64,000 bases of DNA from Candidatus Hydrogenedens sp. (lineage in GTDB: Bacteria; Hydrogenedentota; Hydrogenedentia; Hydrogenedentales; Hydrogenedentaceae), in contig JBMFRC010000012.1 of the NCBI GenBank assembly GCA_049968235.1, positions 33,366-97,365 of the forward strand, written 5' to 3'. Position 1 is the stretch's first letter. Each line of letters begins with the position of its first letter. The translations under genes and the position numbers were made by a program. Shown piece by piece: positions 27,537 to 40,992 of the stretch. The notes beneath the pieces were generated by a model. That model did not search any database, had not been told where the DNA came from, and worked only from the letters and a program-made list of their open reading frames with translations.

Positions 27537-28820
27537 TTATTGTAATACTCTTATTACATGTGTCGGTTCAACAATACAATCTAATTGGTCTATATCTGTT
27601 ACAGCACTTTGAAGACTTGATTCAATCGATTCATGAGTCATAATAATCACATGAACAGGAAGTTCTTTATGGTATGATAAAGTCTCTTTTTGGTGACATG
27701 AAGAAATACTGACTTGATGTTTTCCAAGAATCGTGCATATTTGCCCTAATACACCGGGATAGTCCTTAGTTGTGAAACGGAGATAATAGCGACTCCGAAG
27801 CAATCCCATATCACGAACATTGAGATTATGATAATAAATAAAAGGCGGAAGGGAAGGGGATTCTTTACGATAAGCAAGGTCTAACAAATTGCTAATTACC
27901 GCCGTTGCTGTAGGGAATCTTCCTGCTCCTTTGCCATAATATAATGTGGGTCCAGCAGAATCACTTTCAACATAAACTGCGTTAAACTCATTTCGAACCG
28001 ATGCTAATAAATGGTTTTGTGGAACAAGAGTGGGATGGACACGTGCTTCAATTTCCCCATTTACTTTACGGATAATTGCAAGTAGTTTAATGACATATCC
28101 CATTTCGTTGGCATAATCAACATCATTATGGGTAATCTTTGTAATTCCTTCTACATAAATTTTATCAAAGGGTACAGGAGTACCAAAGCATAAACTTGCA
28201 AGAATCTGGCATTTGTGTGCGGTATCAAATCCTTCTATATCCAAATCAGGTGGTGTTTCTGCATACCCATTTGCTTGTGCTTCTTTTAACACAGGTTCAA
28301 AATCCAATCCCTCGTAGGTCATTCGGCTGAGGATATAATTACATGTCCCGTTAACGATTCCATATATAGATTCTATATGAGTAGTGGATAAAACTTCTTT
28401 TAGTGTTTTAATAATTGGAATAACACCGGCTACTGCCGCTTCATATTTCAACTCTTTTCCTGATTCCTGTGCTATTTTACATAATTCATCACCATATTTA
28501 GCCAGAAGCATCTTATTGGCGGTTACTACATGTTTTCCTGATTTTAATGCTTTGATAATAAAAGTTTTTGCAGGTTCCAATCCTCCTATAAGTTCACAAA
28601 CGACATCAATATCCGGGTTGTTTATAAGTGTATCAATATCGGAGGAGACAGTAACATTGCTTAAATCAAAAGGCTTTAACAAATTGGGTTTTATTTCAAC
28701 GATATGTTTTAATTCTAATTCTACCCCTGTTTGATTTTTTATATGTTCATAATGATTCAAAAGAAGGTGGATTACCCCACCTCCTACAGTACCTGCACCA
28801 ATAACACCAATTTTCAGTTT
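27537..28820 (-). CDS. hom: Homoserine dehydrogenase with C-terminal ACT domain
   Basis: NAD-binding IGVIGAGTVGGGV and the catalytic domain. I chose the start at MKLKIG, which is preceded by an AGGAG RBS; the ORF track extends 6 codons further upstream. Confidence 0.85.
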   Translation of the reverse strand, partial: KLKIGVIGAGTVGGGVIHLLLNHYEHIKNQTGVELELKHIVEIKPNLLKPFDLSNVTVSSDIDTLINNPDIDVVCELIGGLEPAKTFIIKALKSGKHVVTANKMLLAKYGDELCKIAQESGKELKYEAAVAGVIPIIKTLKEVLSTTHIESIYGIVNGTCNYILSRMTYEGLDFEPVLKEAQANGYAETPPDLDIEGFDTAHKCQILASLCFGTPVPFDKIYVEGITKITHNDVDYANEMGYVIKLLAIIRKVNGEIEARVHPTLVPQNHLLASVRNEFNAVYVESDSAGPTLYYGKGAGRFPTATAVISNLLDLAYRKESPSLPPFIYYHNLNVRDMGLLRSRYYLRFTTKDYPGVLGQICTILGKHQVSISSCHQKETLSYHKELPVHVIIMTHESIESSLQSAVTDIDQLDCIVEPTHVIRVLQ

Positions 28821-28864
28821 CATTAAACAACTCCTCATTCATAAAGCAATTATTAAAGGCAAAG

Positions 28865-29119
28865 TTATTCTTCTTTAATATTTATTATACATATAGGATT
28901 ATCAGGACTAAAAAACTGCCCCTCCTCAATAAAAACCTTTTTCAGTATTCCGGATACCGGTGCTGTGATAACATATACTGCTTTATCCGTGCATATTTCT
29001 ACAAGTTCCATACCTTTTTCCACAGATTCTCCTACTTTGAACAACCATTGGGATATTTGAACTTGTAAATCATTTTCTTCAGGTTTGGCTTCTTCTGGAA
29101 TATAAACCTTATAATCCAT
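28865..29119 (-). CDS. Stand-alone lipoyl/biotinyl-attachment-domain protein (84 aa)
   Basis: KVGESVEKGMELVEICTDKAVYVITAPVSGIL matches the lipoyl domain core (E/x-TDKA with the modifiable Lys). It lies directly downstream of lipA. Confidence 0.5.
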   Translation of the reverse strand: MDYKVYIPEEAKPEENDLQVQISQWLFKVGESVEKGMELVEICTDKAVYVITAPVSGILKKVFIEEGQFFSPDNPICIINIKEE

Positions 29120-29124
29120 GATTG

Positions 29125-30006
29125 CTATTCCTCTTGTTCTTTACACCAAAAATCGGCATGATACGAACTTCTAACTTCGGGACCTGCAATAACTTTTAAT
29201 GATAGATTCTTTCCTGCCCACTCTTCATAAAAACGAAATTCATCAGGGGATATAAAATTAGATACAGGCAATTGTCGGGGTGTAGGTTGTAGATATTGTC
29301 CAATAGTAACTATTGAACAACCAACACTGTCAAGGTCTTTTAATGTTTGTAAAACTTCATCCTGAGTTTCAGATAAACCTACCATAATACCGGATTTTGT
29401 CTTTGTTACCCGCGATATTTCTTTAACTTTATTCAGGACAGATAAAGAAACCTGATAGGAACATTTTTTATCTCTTACAATAGGGTGTAATCGTTCAACA
29501 GTTTCGAGATTATGAGAAAAAACATCGGGATTTGCTTTAAGAATCGTTTCTAATGAAGACATATTCCCTTGAAAATCAGATACAAGAACTTCAACTTTTC
29601 TTTTGGGGAATACTTTTTTGAGAGATGAGACAATCTCAAAAATATGATTAGCTCCACCATCTAACAAGTCATCTCGAGTTACCATTGTTAAAATAATATA
29701 TTGTAACCCCATTACCTCGACAGCCTTTAATATTTTATCTTTTTCAAAAGGGTCCGGTGATAACGGTTGTCCTTTTTTCACTGCACAAAATGAACATCTG
29801 CGAGAACATATATCACCAAGAAGTAGAAAAGTGGCTGTTTTACGCGACCAGCATTCTGCTCGATTAGGACATAAAGCACTTTTACAAACGGTAGATATTC
29901 CTAACTCTTCTAATAAAGAAGAAACCTGCTTTATTCCATTTGTATCAGGAACTCTAAAACGTATCCATTTAGGAAATGATTTCTTTGTATATGTTTTGCA
30001 GTCCAT
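29125..30006 (-). CDS. lipA: Lipoyl synthase
   Basis: The N-terminal auxiliary cluster is CPNRAECW and the radical SAM motif is CSRRCSFC. 293 aa. Confidence 0.9.
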   Translation of the reverse strand: MDCKTYTKKSFPKWIRFRVPDTNGIKQVSSLLEELGISTVCKSALCPNRAECWSRKTATFLLLGDICSRRCSFCAVKKGQPLSPDPFEKDKILKAVEVMGLQYIILTMVTRDDLLDGGANHIFEIVSSLKKVFPKRKVEVLVSDFQGNMSSLETILKANPDVFSHNLETVERLHPIVRDKKCSYQVSLSVLNKVKEISRVTKTKSGIMVGLSETQDEVLQTLKDLDSVGCSIVTIGQYLQPTPRQLPVSNFISPDEFRFYEEWAGKNLSLKVIAGPEVRSSYHADFWCKEQEE

Positions 30007-30132
30007 AGGTATGTCTCGTGAGTTGAATTGAAAAGGAATTATATCATGAATATGTAAAGATGATAAAATGTTTCATATTTGATATAATTAATATCCATAA
30101 TACAAAATAAATTTAAACTCGTCTAAAAGGAT

Positions 30133-30882
30133 TTGATAATGAGCAAGGACGAGGAAAAAAAAGAATCAAAAAGTTTATTTGGGAAACTACGGTTTGGGAA
30201 TTTAAATGAGGTCTGGTCTGCAAATCGCAAACCTCAAGAAGAGATTGTAAAACCACAGGAAAAAGTAGAAGAGAAAAAGACCGTAGTTCCACAAGAGCCT
30301 ACTCGTCAGATAGTTAAAGAAAATGAATCTATAACAATCTCAAAACCCCAAAAAACAGGACTTAAAATTATGGTTATTCCCGAGAATGTTTATATTGAAG
30401 GTTCCATTAGAGGTGAATGTGATTCGGAAATATATGGAAAAATAAATGGAAATATCCAAATAAAAGGAAATCTCGTGTTGGGGAAAACAGCAGAGGTAAA
30501 GGGAAGTATTAAATCGATGTCCGCTTCTATTGATGGTATTGTCGAAGGAAAAATTGAAACTACCAACGATGTAGAAATTGGTCCTAATAGTAAAATTCAA
30601 GCAGAATTAATATCAGGACAGAAGATAATTGTATCCGGACAGGTCAATGGAAGTATTTGTGCAGAAGTTGGAGTAAAACTTCAACAATCTGCAAAATTAA
30701 ATGGTGATATAATAGCGTTAAAGTGGTTTAGCATTCAGGAAGGGGCTGTTTTTAATGGAAATTGTTCTATGAAGCGAACAGAACAGACCCCAAAACCTCA
30801 ACCAACAGAACAACCTAAAAATATTCAACAATCCAGTCCTTCTGTTCATGTCAATCTACAAAATCAACAAATAAAAAAGTGA
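30133..30882 (+). CDS. Bactofilin-family cytoskeletal protein with N- and C-terminal low-complexity extensions
   Basis: Central beta-helical DUF583 repeats (IEGSIRGECDSEIYGKINGNIQIKGNLVLGKTAEVKGSI...). Confidence 0.75.
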   Translation: MIMSKDEEKKESKSLFGKLRFGNLNEVWSANRKPQEEIVKPQEKVEEKKTVVPQEPTRQIVKENESITISKPQKTGLKIMVIPENVYIEGSIRGECDSEIYGKINGNIQIKGNLVLGKTAEVKGSIKSMSASIDGIVEGKIETTNDVEIGPNSKIQAELISGQKIIVSGQVNGSICAEVGVKLQQSAKLNGDIIALKWFSIQEGAVFNGNCSMKRTEQTPKPQPTEQPKNIQQSSPSVHVNLQNQQIKK

Positions 30883-30960
30883 AATTAGGGGTTACTATTA
30901 ACTTTTTCTATATCTTAATCGTATCTATAATAAAATATAGAAAAAAGAAAGGAGAGAAAT

Positions 30961-31662
30961 ATGCCAATATATATGTTTCATCCTGCTGATTTGTTGATTA
31001 TTCCCGCTGCATTATTTGCAATCTGGGCACAACTAAAAGTAAAAAGTACCTACCAGAAATATGCTTCTATGCCTACACAACGAAAAATAACAGGTCTAGA
31101 TGTAGCACGATGGATACTTCAAAGAGAAAATATCCATGATGTTGATGTCGAAATTACAGAAGGAGAATTAACAGACCATTTTGACCCAATAAGCAAAAAG
31201 GTCCGTTTATCTGAACCTGTATATTATGGTGATAGTATTGCTTCAGTAGGAATTTCTGCCCATGAATTAGGACATGTTATACAGCATGCAAGGAATTATG
31301 CTCCTATGCAGGTTCGACAATTTATTTATCCAGTAAGTTCATTAGGTTCAAACCTCGCTTTCCCGTTAATTATATTTGGTATTCTTTTAACTTATCTAGG
31401 TATTCATGCACAATGGCTAATTAGCGCAGGAATCTATATGTTTTCTTTAGCAGTTTTGTTTACAGTTATTACCTTACCTGTTGAATTCAATGCGAGCAAA
31501 AGAGCCATAAAAATACTATCCGATGGAAGATTACTTACAGAAGAAGAGTTAGATGGAGTTCGTGCAGTATTAAGTGCAGCCGCATTAACTTATGTCGCTG
31601 CAGCCGCAACTGCAATATTACAATTAATTCGACTATTAATAATTTTTAGAGGCCGTGAATGA
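30961..31662 (+). CDS. Membrane zinc metallopeptidase (neutral zinc metallopeptidase family)
   Basis: HExxH motif HELGHVIQH and several TM helices. 233 aa. Confidence 0.7.
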   Translation: MPIYMFHPADLLIIPAALFAIWAQLKVKSTYQKYASMPTQRKITGLDVARWILQRENIHDVDVEITEGELTDHFDPISKKVRLSEPVYYGDSIASVGISAHELGHVIQHARNYAPMQVRQFIYPVSSLGSNLAFPLIIFGILLTYLGIHAQWLISAGIYMFSLAVLFTVITLPVEFNASKRAIKILSDGRLLTEEELDGVRAVLSAAALTYVAAAATAILQLIRLLIIFRGRE

Positions 31663-32813
31663 TATTCCTGCAAAAATGCAGAGAAAAAATAATAATTCTT
31701 CTTACGATTTTAATTTTAACTGCTATTTTTATTCCTGTAATAGGCGAAGAAGTATCCGAAGCTATCCGTATTCGTGCTGAAGGTTATGCAGAAGGTCCTT
31801 CGTATCTGGTTCGACAGATGGCATTAGGGGAAGCACAAAAAAACGCTATAGAAAAGTATCTCCTTTCAATCTTATCTGAAGAGCATCTAAAATATTTAAA
31901 TCCCTTACTTAATAAATCATCTCTTTATATAATATCGTTTAAAATCTTAAACGAAAATACAACAAATGATAAATCTGTTGTCGAATTAGATGTTGAGATA
32001 AATGATGAATTAATAAACAAAGATATTACAACACTATTAATCCCTTACAGAACTGACCTACCCACAATTTCAATGTACATACTTGATTTATATACACAAG
32101 ATAAGAATTCAAATTTTTTAGAGTGTATAAATGCCTATGAAGTTATAGAAAAGAAACTAACTAACCTTAAATTTTCAGTTAAAAAAACAAATATTGAGAA
32201 CAATTATAGTAAAAGTGACATTTTTCAATTAATAGAAGATGGACTGGCAGGGAAAAAAAAGATTGCTATGAGTCAGGATTCTGATGTTTTTGTTCTGGGA
32301 GTAAATCAATACGAAATCATTGGAGATATTTATAATACCCAGATGCAAAAAGTTCGATGTAATCTTACCTTAGAATTATTTAGAGTATCTGATGGGAAAC
32401 TATTGGATGCTTTTACCGTATCTGCCTCTGTTCAAGGTAAAAATTCTTCAGATGCACAGAAACAATCTGCGGAAGATTGTGCCTTAAAATCAATTCAAAA
32501 AATAATTACCTGCTCTTTTTTATCAACACTGAATTGTCCAAAAAACATAAAAGATGTCTTTCTTTATTTTGATAATTTTAACGACAAAAATCTAATAAAG
32601 AAGATTATAGATTATCTGGAAGTAGTTACCTATGGAGGTAAAACAGAACTGATTTTTGAGACACCTAAAAGAACAAAGTATTTATTAATGTTTGATGGTC
32701 CTATAGTTCATATAGTTGATTCCATTTATAATAACAACCAACTAAAGAACAAGATTATTATAAAAAAAGTAGTAGACCGTGATATTTATTTGATAAATTC
32801 TAATAGCAATTAA
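31659..32813 (+). CDS. Hypothetical exported protein
   Basis: N-terminal TM/signal sequence. Its start overlaps the upstream stop (ATGA). No recognisable motifs. Confidence 0.3.
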   Translation: MIFLQKCREKIIILLTILILTAIFIPVIGEEVSEAIRIRAEGYAEGPSYLVRQMALGEAQKNAIEKYLLSILSEEHLKYLNPLLNKSSLYIISFKILNENTTNDKSVVELDVEINDELINKDITTLLIPYRTDLPTISMYILDLYTQDKNSNFLECINAYEVIEKKLTNLKFSVKKTNIENNYSKSDIFQLIEDGLAGKKKIAMSQDSDVFVLGVNQYEIIGDIYNTQMQKVRCNLTLELFRVSDGKLLDAFTVSASVQGKNSSDAQKQSAEDCALKSIQKIITCSFLSTLNCPKNIKDVFLYFDNFNDKNLIKKIIDYLEVVTYGGKTELIFETPKRTKYLLMFDGPIVHIVDSIYNNNQLKNKIIIKKVVDRDIYLINSNSN

Positions 32814-33445
32814 TTTCTATCAAGTTCACTTTCTATGGTTTCAATAACTTTGGAATCGTCAGGCTTTACTTTGGGTTCAAAACGGGCTACTGTTTTACCA
32901 TCTTTGCCAATGAGAAATTTTGTAAAATTCCATTTGATACTTCCGTCAAAAGGAGCATTATCTTTAGATGTAAGAAATTTGTACAGAGGACAAATATCGG
33001 AACCGTCAACAGAAACTTTTTCAAATAAAGGAAATGATATTTTATAGTTAATGTCACAAAACTTTTTAATCTCTTCATTACTTCCAGGTTCTTGATTCAT
33101 AAAATTATTTGCAGGAAATCCAAGAATAACAAAACCACGGTCTTTATATTTCTGATATAGACTTTCTAATTGTTGATATTGCGGTGTAAAACCACACCGC
33201 GACGCAGTATTAACAATCATGACAACTTTCCCTTTATATTGTTGCAAATCTACCTCTTGACCCTCTATGGACTTAACCTTAAATTTAAGAGGTGTGTCTT
33301 GAGACCTTTGTTCTGCAGTTATATTCTTTTGTGGTAGGAAACTAAACACAAAAGAAACTAACAAACTGAATATAAATCTGTAAAGTAAATAAATATTTTT
33401 CATTATTTTTTCTCCTAAAATATTTGACTTCTCATATAGTAACAA
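32810..33445 (-). CDS. Glutathione peroxidase family protein (secreted)
   Basis: GPx blocks VVMIVNTASRCGFT (catalytic Cys) and ILGFPANNF, with an N-terminal signal peptide. Confidence 0.85.
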   Translation of the reverse strand: MLLYEKSNILGEKIMKNIYLLYRFIFSLLVSFVFSFLPQKNITAEQRSQDTPLKFKVKSIEGQEVDLQQYKGKVVMIVNTASRCGFTPQYQQLESLYQKYKDRGFVILGFPANNFMNQEPGSNEEIKKFCDINYKISFPLFEKVSVDGSDICPLYKFLTSKDNAPFDGSIKWNFTKFLIGKDGKTVARFEPKVKPDDSKVIETIESELDRN

Positions 33446-33544
33446 AAAACTTATAACTACTATTTCACAATAAATAGAAAGTTACAAATAACATCAACAC
33501 AAATATAAATGATAAAATTAGATATAAAAAAAGAAGGGAAGAAT

Positions 33545-36031
33545 ATGACAGTTAATAAGAAGACAATACATTTAATTGGACATGCCCATATAGACCCGGT
33601 ATGGTTATGGAGATGGACAGAAGGTTATACTGAAGTCCGAAGTACTTTTCAGAGTGTAATTAACTTAATGAAAGAATACCCCGAATTTAAGTTTACTTCA
33701 AGCAGTTCCTGTTTTTATGAATGGATTGAAGCATCAGAACCAGAATTATTACAAGAAATTAAGAAAAGGGTTGAAGAAAGAAGATGGGAAATTACAGGAG
33801 CTTTTTATGTAGAACCCGATTGTAATATTCCTTCCGGAGAATCATTTGTTCGACATGGTTTATATTCCCAACGATTGTTCCAAAGATTATTTAATAAAAA
33901 ACCAAAAGTTGCATTTGCTCCAGATAGTTTTGGACATGCAGGAACATTGCCCCAAATATTGAGTAAATTAGGAATAAAATACTATATTTATATGAGACCT
34001 TCACCTGGTAAAGAAAAAGAGTATCCTGATGGGACCACATTTAAATGGGTTTCCCCTGATGGCACACATATAATTACATCAGTAATCCCTGAGAGTTATG
34101 GTGGTGAGTATGAAGAAGTATTCCAAAAAATTGAAAATATAGAAAAATATCCGTATTGGAATAAAAACCAACAAGAATTCTTATGCTTTTTTGGAGTTTG
34201 TAATCACGGAGGAGGTCCTACACGAATAACATTAGAAAACATTCAAAACAAACAAAAGAAAATAAAAAAATACAAATCACAATTTTCTACACTTGAAGAA
34301 TATTTCAATCAAATAATAAAAAAACAAAAAAATATACCTGTTATAAAAGATGAACTACAACATCACGCAAGAGGATGTTATAGTGTCCTATCAGATATAA
34401 AAAAATTAAACAGACAATTAGAACATAAAATACTTATGGCAGAAAGATGTGCCACAGCAGGATGGTTATTGAAAGAGACAAAATACCCGGAAACAGTATT
34501 TGAAGCAATCTGGAAAGATTTGTTATTTAATCAATTCCACGATATTTTAGCAGGAACAAGTATTATAGAAGCCTATCAAGATACAAGAGACCAGTTAGGT
34601 GCGGGAAGGCATAGAGCAGATATAATTATCAATCTAACAATACAGAAGATTGCGAAGAGCATCAATACACAAGGTGAAGGAAACGCTATTGTTGTTATAA
34701 ATCCTCTTGCCTGGCCTGTTAAACAACCCGTAATTGTTTCTGAAATAATATCTCGCAATATATGCACCCGGGAGGGAGATATAGAATTGATAAATGATGA
34801 ACAAATCTGCTGTTCTATTCAAACTATACAATCAAGTAGACCTGGTTCAAAGAAGTATGTATTTATCGCAGAAGTTCCTTCTTTGGGGTATAGGGTGTAT
34901 TATGCCCGACAGGAGTGTGAAGAACATAAGAAAATTCACAAATTAAAAATTAAGCCCCATACTATTCCATGTCCACCAATAATAGATAAGAACCGTTTAG
35001 AAAATAATTTTTGGAATATAGAGTTTGATTTTGTTCGTGGAGGTATTTCTCGTTTATATGATAAAACACATAAAATTGATGTAATTAAACATTTAGGAAT
35101 GCCTATTTCTTTAGTAGATGCTTCAGATACATGGAGCCATGATGTATCAGAATATCGTGTAGAAACGGGGAAATTTACTCTTACGGATATGGTAATAAAA
35201 GAAAGAGGTGAGGTCCTTGCCAGTATGGTTCAGGAATTTCAATACAATCAATCAAAGGTTATACAAGAAGTTATATTATATAAAGACATAGAAGATATAG
35301 ATATTCATTTGACTATACTCTGGTTAGAAAAATATAAAGTATTGAAATGGCTTGCGGATACAAATATTCTCAATGGAATAGCTACTTATGAAGTTCCTTA
35401 TGGTATTCAAATTCGTCCTTGTAATGGGGAAGAGGAGGTAGGGCAACAATGGATAGACCTATCTGGAGATATTGATGGGAAATCCTATGGGCTATCAGTT
35501 ATTACCGATAGCAACTATGGTTACGATATTAAAGAAGGTATTATCCGAATAACACTTTTACGTAGTCCTGCTTATGCGCATCATGACCCAGAAAGATATC
35601 ACGTTTCGAGTAATTACCCTATTATAGACCAGGGATGGAAAGAAATGAGACTTAGGCTTATTCCACATACTGGTAGTTGGAAAGATACGAGAGTTATAAA
35701 ATCTGCATGGGAACTTAATGTTCCTCTAATAGCACAATATGAGCATTCCCATCCGGGGAGAAGAGGTCTTCAAGCCACATTATTAGGAACAGAAGCAGAG
35801 AACATTCTTATTTCTGTTGTTAAGAAAAGTGAAGATGGCAATGACTTAATCATAAGGGCTTATGAAACTCATGGTAAAGAAACATTTACAAACTTACACC
35901 TTACCTTTGCACAATTTGTTCATCCGCTCAAATTCAGCCCTTTTGAAATTAAAACAGTGAGGATTAATCTCAGCAAGAAAGAAGTAATAGAAACAAACCT
36001 TTTGGAAGAGATAAACAATGGAGAAGATTGA
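33545..36031 (+). CDS. Glycoside hydrolase family 38 alpha-mannosidase (second copy)
   Basis: HLIGHAHIDPVWLWRW GH38 motif. I chose the start at MTVNKK, which is preceded by an AAGGGAAG RBS. Confidence 0.8.
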   Translation: MTVNKKTIHLIGHAHIDPVWLWRWTEGYTEVRSTFQSVINLMKEYPEFKFTSSSSCFYEWIEASEPELLQEIKKRVEERRWEITGAFYVEPDCNIPSGESFVRHGLYSQRLFQRLFNKKPKVAFAPDSFGHAGTLPQILSKLGIKYYIYMRPSPGKEKEYPDGTTFKWVSPDGTHIITSVIPESYGGEYEEVFQKIENIEKYPYWNKNQQEFLCFFGVCNHGGGPTRITLENIQNKQKKIKKYKSQFSTLEEYFNQIIKKQKNIPVIKDELQHHARGCYSVLSDIKKLNRQLEHKILMAERCATAGWLLKETKYPETVFEAIWKDLLFNQFHDILAGTSIIEAYQDTRDQLGAGRHRADIIINLTIQKIAKSINTQGEGNAIVVINPLAWPVKQPVIVSEIISRNICTREGDIELINDEQICCSIQTIQSSRPGSKKYVFIAEVPSLGYRVYYARQECEEHKKIHKLKIKPHTIPCPPIIDKNRLENNFWNIEFDFVRGGISRLYDKTHKIDVIKHLGMPISLVDASDTWSHDVSEYRVETGKFTLTDMVIKERGEVLASMVQEFQYNQSKVIQEVILYKDIEDIDIHLTILWLEKYKVLKWLADTNILNGIATYEVPYGIQIRPCNGEEEVGQQWIDLSGDIDGKSYGLSVITDSNYGYDIKEGIIRITLLRSPAYAHHDPERYHVSSNYPIIDQGWKEMRLRLIPHTGSWKDTRVIKSAWELNVPLIAQYEHSHPGRRGLQATLLGTEAENILISVVKKSEDGNDLIIRAYETHGKETFTNLHLTFAQFVHPLKFSPFEIKTVRINLSKKEVIETNLLEEINNGED

Positions 36032-36470
36032 AAGAATTGAAGAAATATGCTTATCTGTTCTTAAAGAAAGCCAGGACCCCTGGGTTCCCTTAGATATATT
36101 GATTCAGAAATGTAAGGAAATGATAGGAGAAGATAGAGTTGATGAATCGATAATTGTTTCATTTCTAAAAAATCATCCTGAAGTAAAGATATTTGCCCCG
36201 CTTTTTCCGGATATTCAAGAAATGAAAAGTGTATTGGTAGAGAAGGGATTAAAAATACAACCCATAGTTATCTTAAAAAGGCGATTACCTGACGAAAAAG
36301 ATATTTTTTTATGGATGTATAAACATTTAGAAAATTTATTGGTTATGCTTGGGAATATGGAAAAAGAAGCAAGAACAGAAACAAAAAAACAACAAATCGG
36401 TATAGTTATAGATAAAACAAAAAAATTATTAGAAAAACTGAAAAATTTAGCCAGTAGAAAAAATACATAG
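36018..36470 (+). CDS. Hypothetical protein
   Basis: 150 aa with no motif. It overlaps the GH38 stop by 14 nt. Confidence 0.3.
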   Translation: MEKIERIEEICLSVLKESQDPWVPLDILIQKCKEMIGEDRVDESIIVSFLKNHPEVKIFAPLFPDIQEMKSVLVEKGLKIQPIVILKRRLPDEKDIFLWMYKHLENLLVMLGNMEKEARTETKKQQIGIVIDKTKKLLEKLKNLASRKNT

Positions 36471-36473
36471 AAT

Positions 36474-37829
36474 ATGTTATTAATGGGTTTTTTATATACA
36501 TTTATTTTCATGGAACCGGAAGTAATAACCTTGAATTTGTCTCCAGTAATTCGTGATATTATTGTAGAAGATATAAATGGGGATGATAAGAAAGATTTGA
36601 TTGTCTTTTCTTCAGAAGAAGATGGATACGAAAAGAAATTAACAATTTATTATCAGCGAACAGAGACGCCCAAATTTGATAAAAACTATTCATTCAGTTC
36701 CCGGATAAATGTGCCATGTTCTGTGATATTTCCAACAAAAATAAAAAACAATCATAATTTTCTCGTTATTGCAAATAGTGAAAATCTTCATGTTTACAAG
36801 TTTGAAAAAGATGTAATGTCGTTGGAGGACACAGTACAGTATCTCAATGCCTTTTCATATAACGCAAAAGAGCCTGTAGTTATGCGTGATATATCGTTTG
36901 ATTTAGATAATGATGGTACTGATGAATGGTTTATTCCAACTTCAAAAGGGGTTACAATATTTAAAGATTTATCACCAATTTCAGAAATAGATTTCCATAT
37001 ATTCCATGAAATCTATTCAGGTAATAACATGACACTTTTTTATCAATTTCCTGTAATATATCCACTAAAAAAGAGTAAAGAAAATCCAAAACCGGTCAGT
37101 TTTTTAGGTGATAAAGAAATAACGTTTGCATACGGAGAAAATTGGAAGTTAACAAAAAAAATAAAGATAGAAAGAAAAAATCCAGAAAAGTGGGATTCAA
37201 CATATAGATTGGGAGATATAAATAATGATGGGTTCCCCGATATTTTATTTACCGAAACACAAGGTACAATAAATTTAAAGACAATACTTTACATATATAT
37301 ATCAGAGGGAGCGTATAAATATCCAGCAAATCCACAATTTGAATATAAAATAAAAGGTGCAGTTTCTTTGCCTATTATAAAAGATATAAATAATGACGGT
37401 AAAGATGATTTAATACTTTTCAATATTCCTTTAGGTTTGACAAATTTCATAAACTTCTTTTTGAGAGGTAAAATGTCTGTTGAGACAAAGGTATTTTTAG
37501 CAAATACTAATTATCTCTCTTCAAAACCTGATTACCAGACAACGATGACTATGGATGCTCCGGACGGAAAAGACCAGATTGCTTACGCAATAGATGACTT
37601 TTCAGGTGATGGTATTCTTGATATTGCCTATGGACAATCTCAAAATACAATACAAATCAACATAGGTCTGCAAGAGGGAAATTTGAAAACGAAACAATGG
37701 ACAAAAGTGAGTGTTCCTGCATTCGGTATTATAAGAACAAGTTATATAAATGATAATAAGAGTAAAGATATAATTATATACCGTCCAACAGGTAAAAATA
37801 AGGAACGAGTAGATATTATCCTTTTTTAA
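36474..37829 (+). CDS. FG-GAP/VCBS-like repeat protein
   Basis: Repeated D-x-N-x-D-G-x-x-D loops (DINGDDKKDLIV, DLDNDGTDEW, DINNDGFPDILF, DINNDGKDDLILF, DFSGDGILDIAYG). Confidence 0.4.
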   Translation: MLLMGFLYTFIFMEPEVITLNLSPVIRDIIVEDINGDDKKDLIVFSSEEDGYEKKLTIYYQRTETPKFDKNYSFSSRINVPCSVIFPTKIKNNHNFLVIANSENLHVYKFEKDVMSLEDTVQYLNAFSYNAKEPVVMRDISFDLDNDGTDEWFIPTSKGVTIFKDLSPISEIDFHIFHEIYSGNNMTLFYQFPVIYPLKKSKENPKPVSFLGDKEITFAYGENWKLTKKIKIERKNPEKWDSTYRLGDINNDGFPDILFTETQGTINLKTILYIYISEGAYKYPANPQFEYKIKGAVSLPIIKDINNDGKDDLILFNIPLGLTNFINFFLRGKMSVETKVFLANTNYLSSKPDYQTTMTMDAPDGKDQIAYAIDDFSGDGILDIAYGQSQNTIQINIGLQEGNLKTKQWTKVSVPAFGIIRTSYINDNKSKDIIIYRPTGKNKERVDIILF

Positions 37830-37852
37830 AGCTCGTAATAAACCATAGTTAG

Positions 37853-40980
<3,128 letters not shown>

Positions 40981-40992
40981 AAGGAAAAGACG

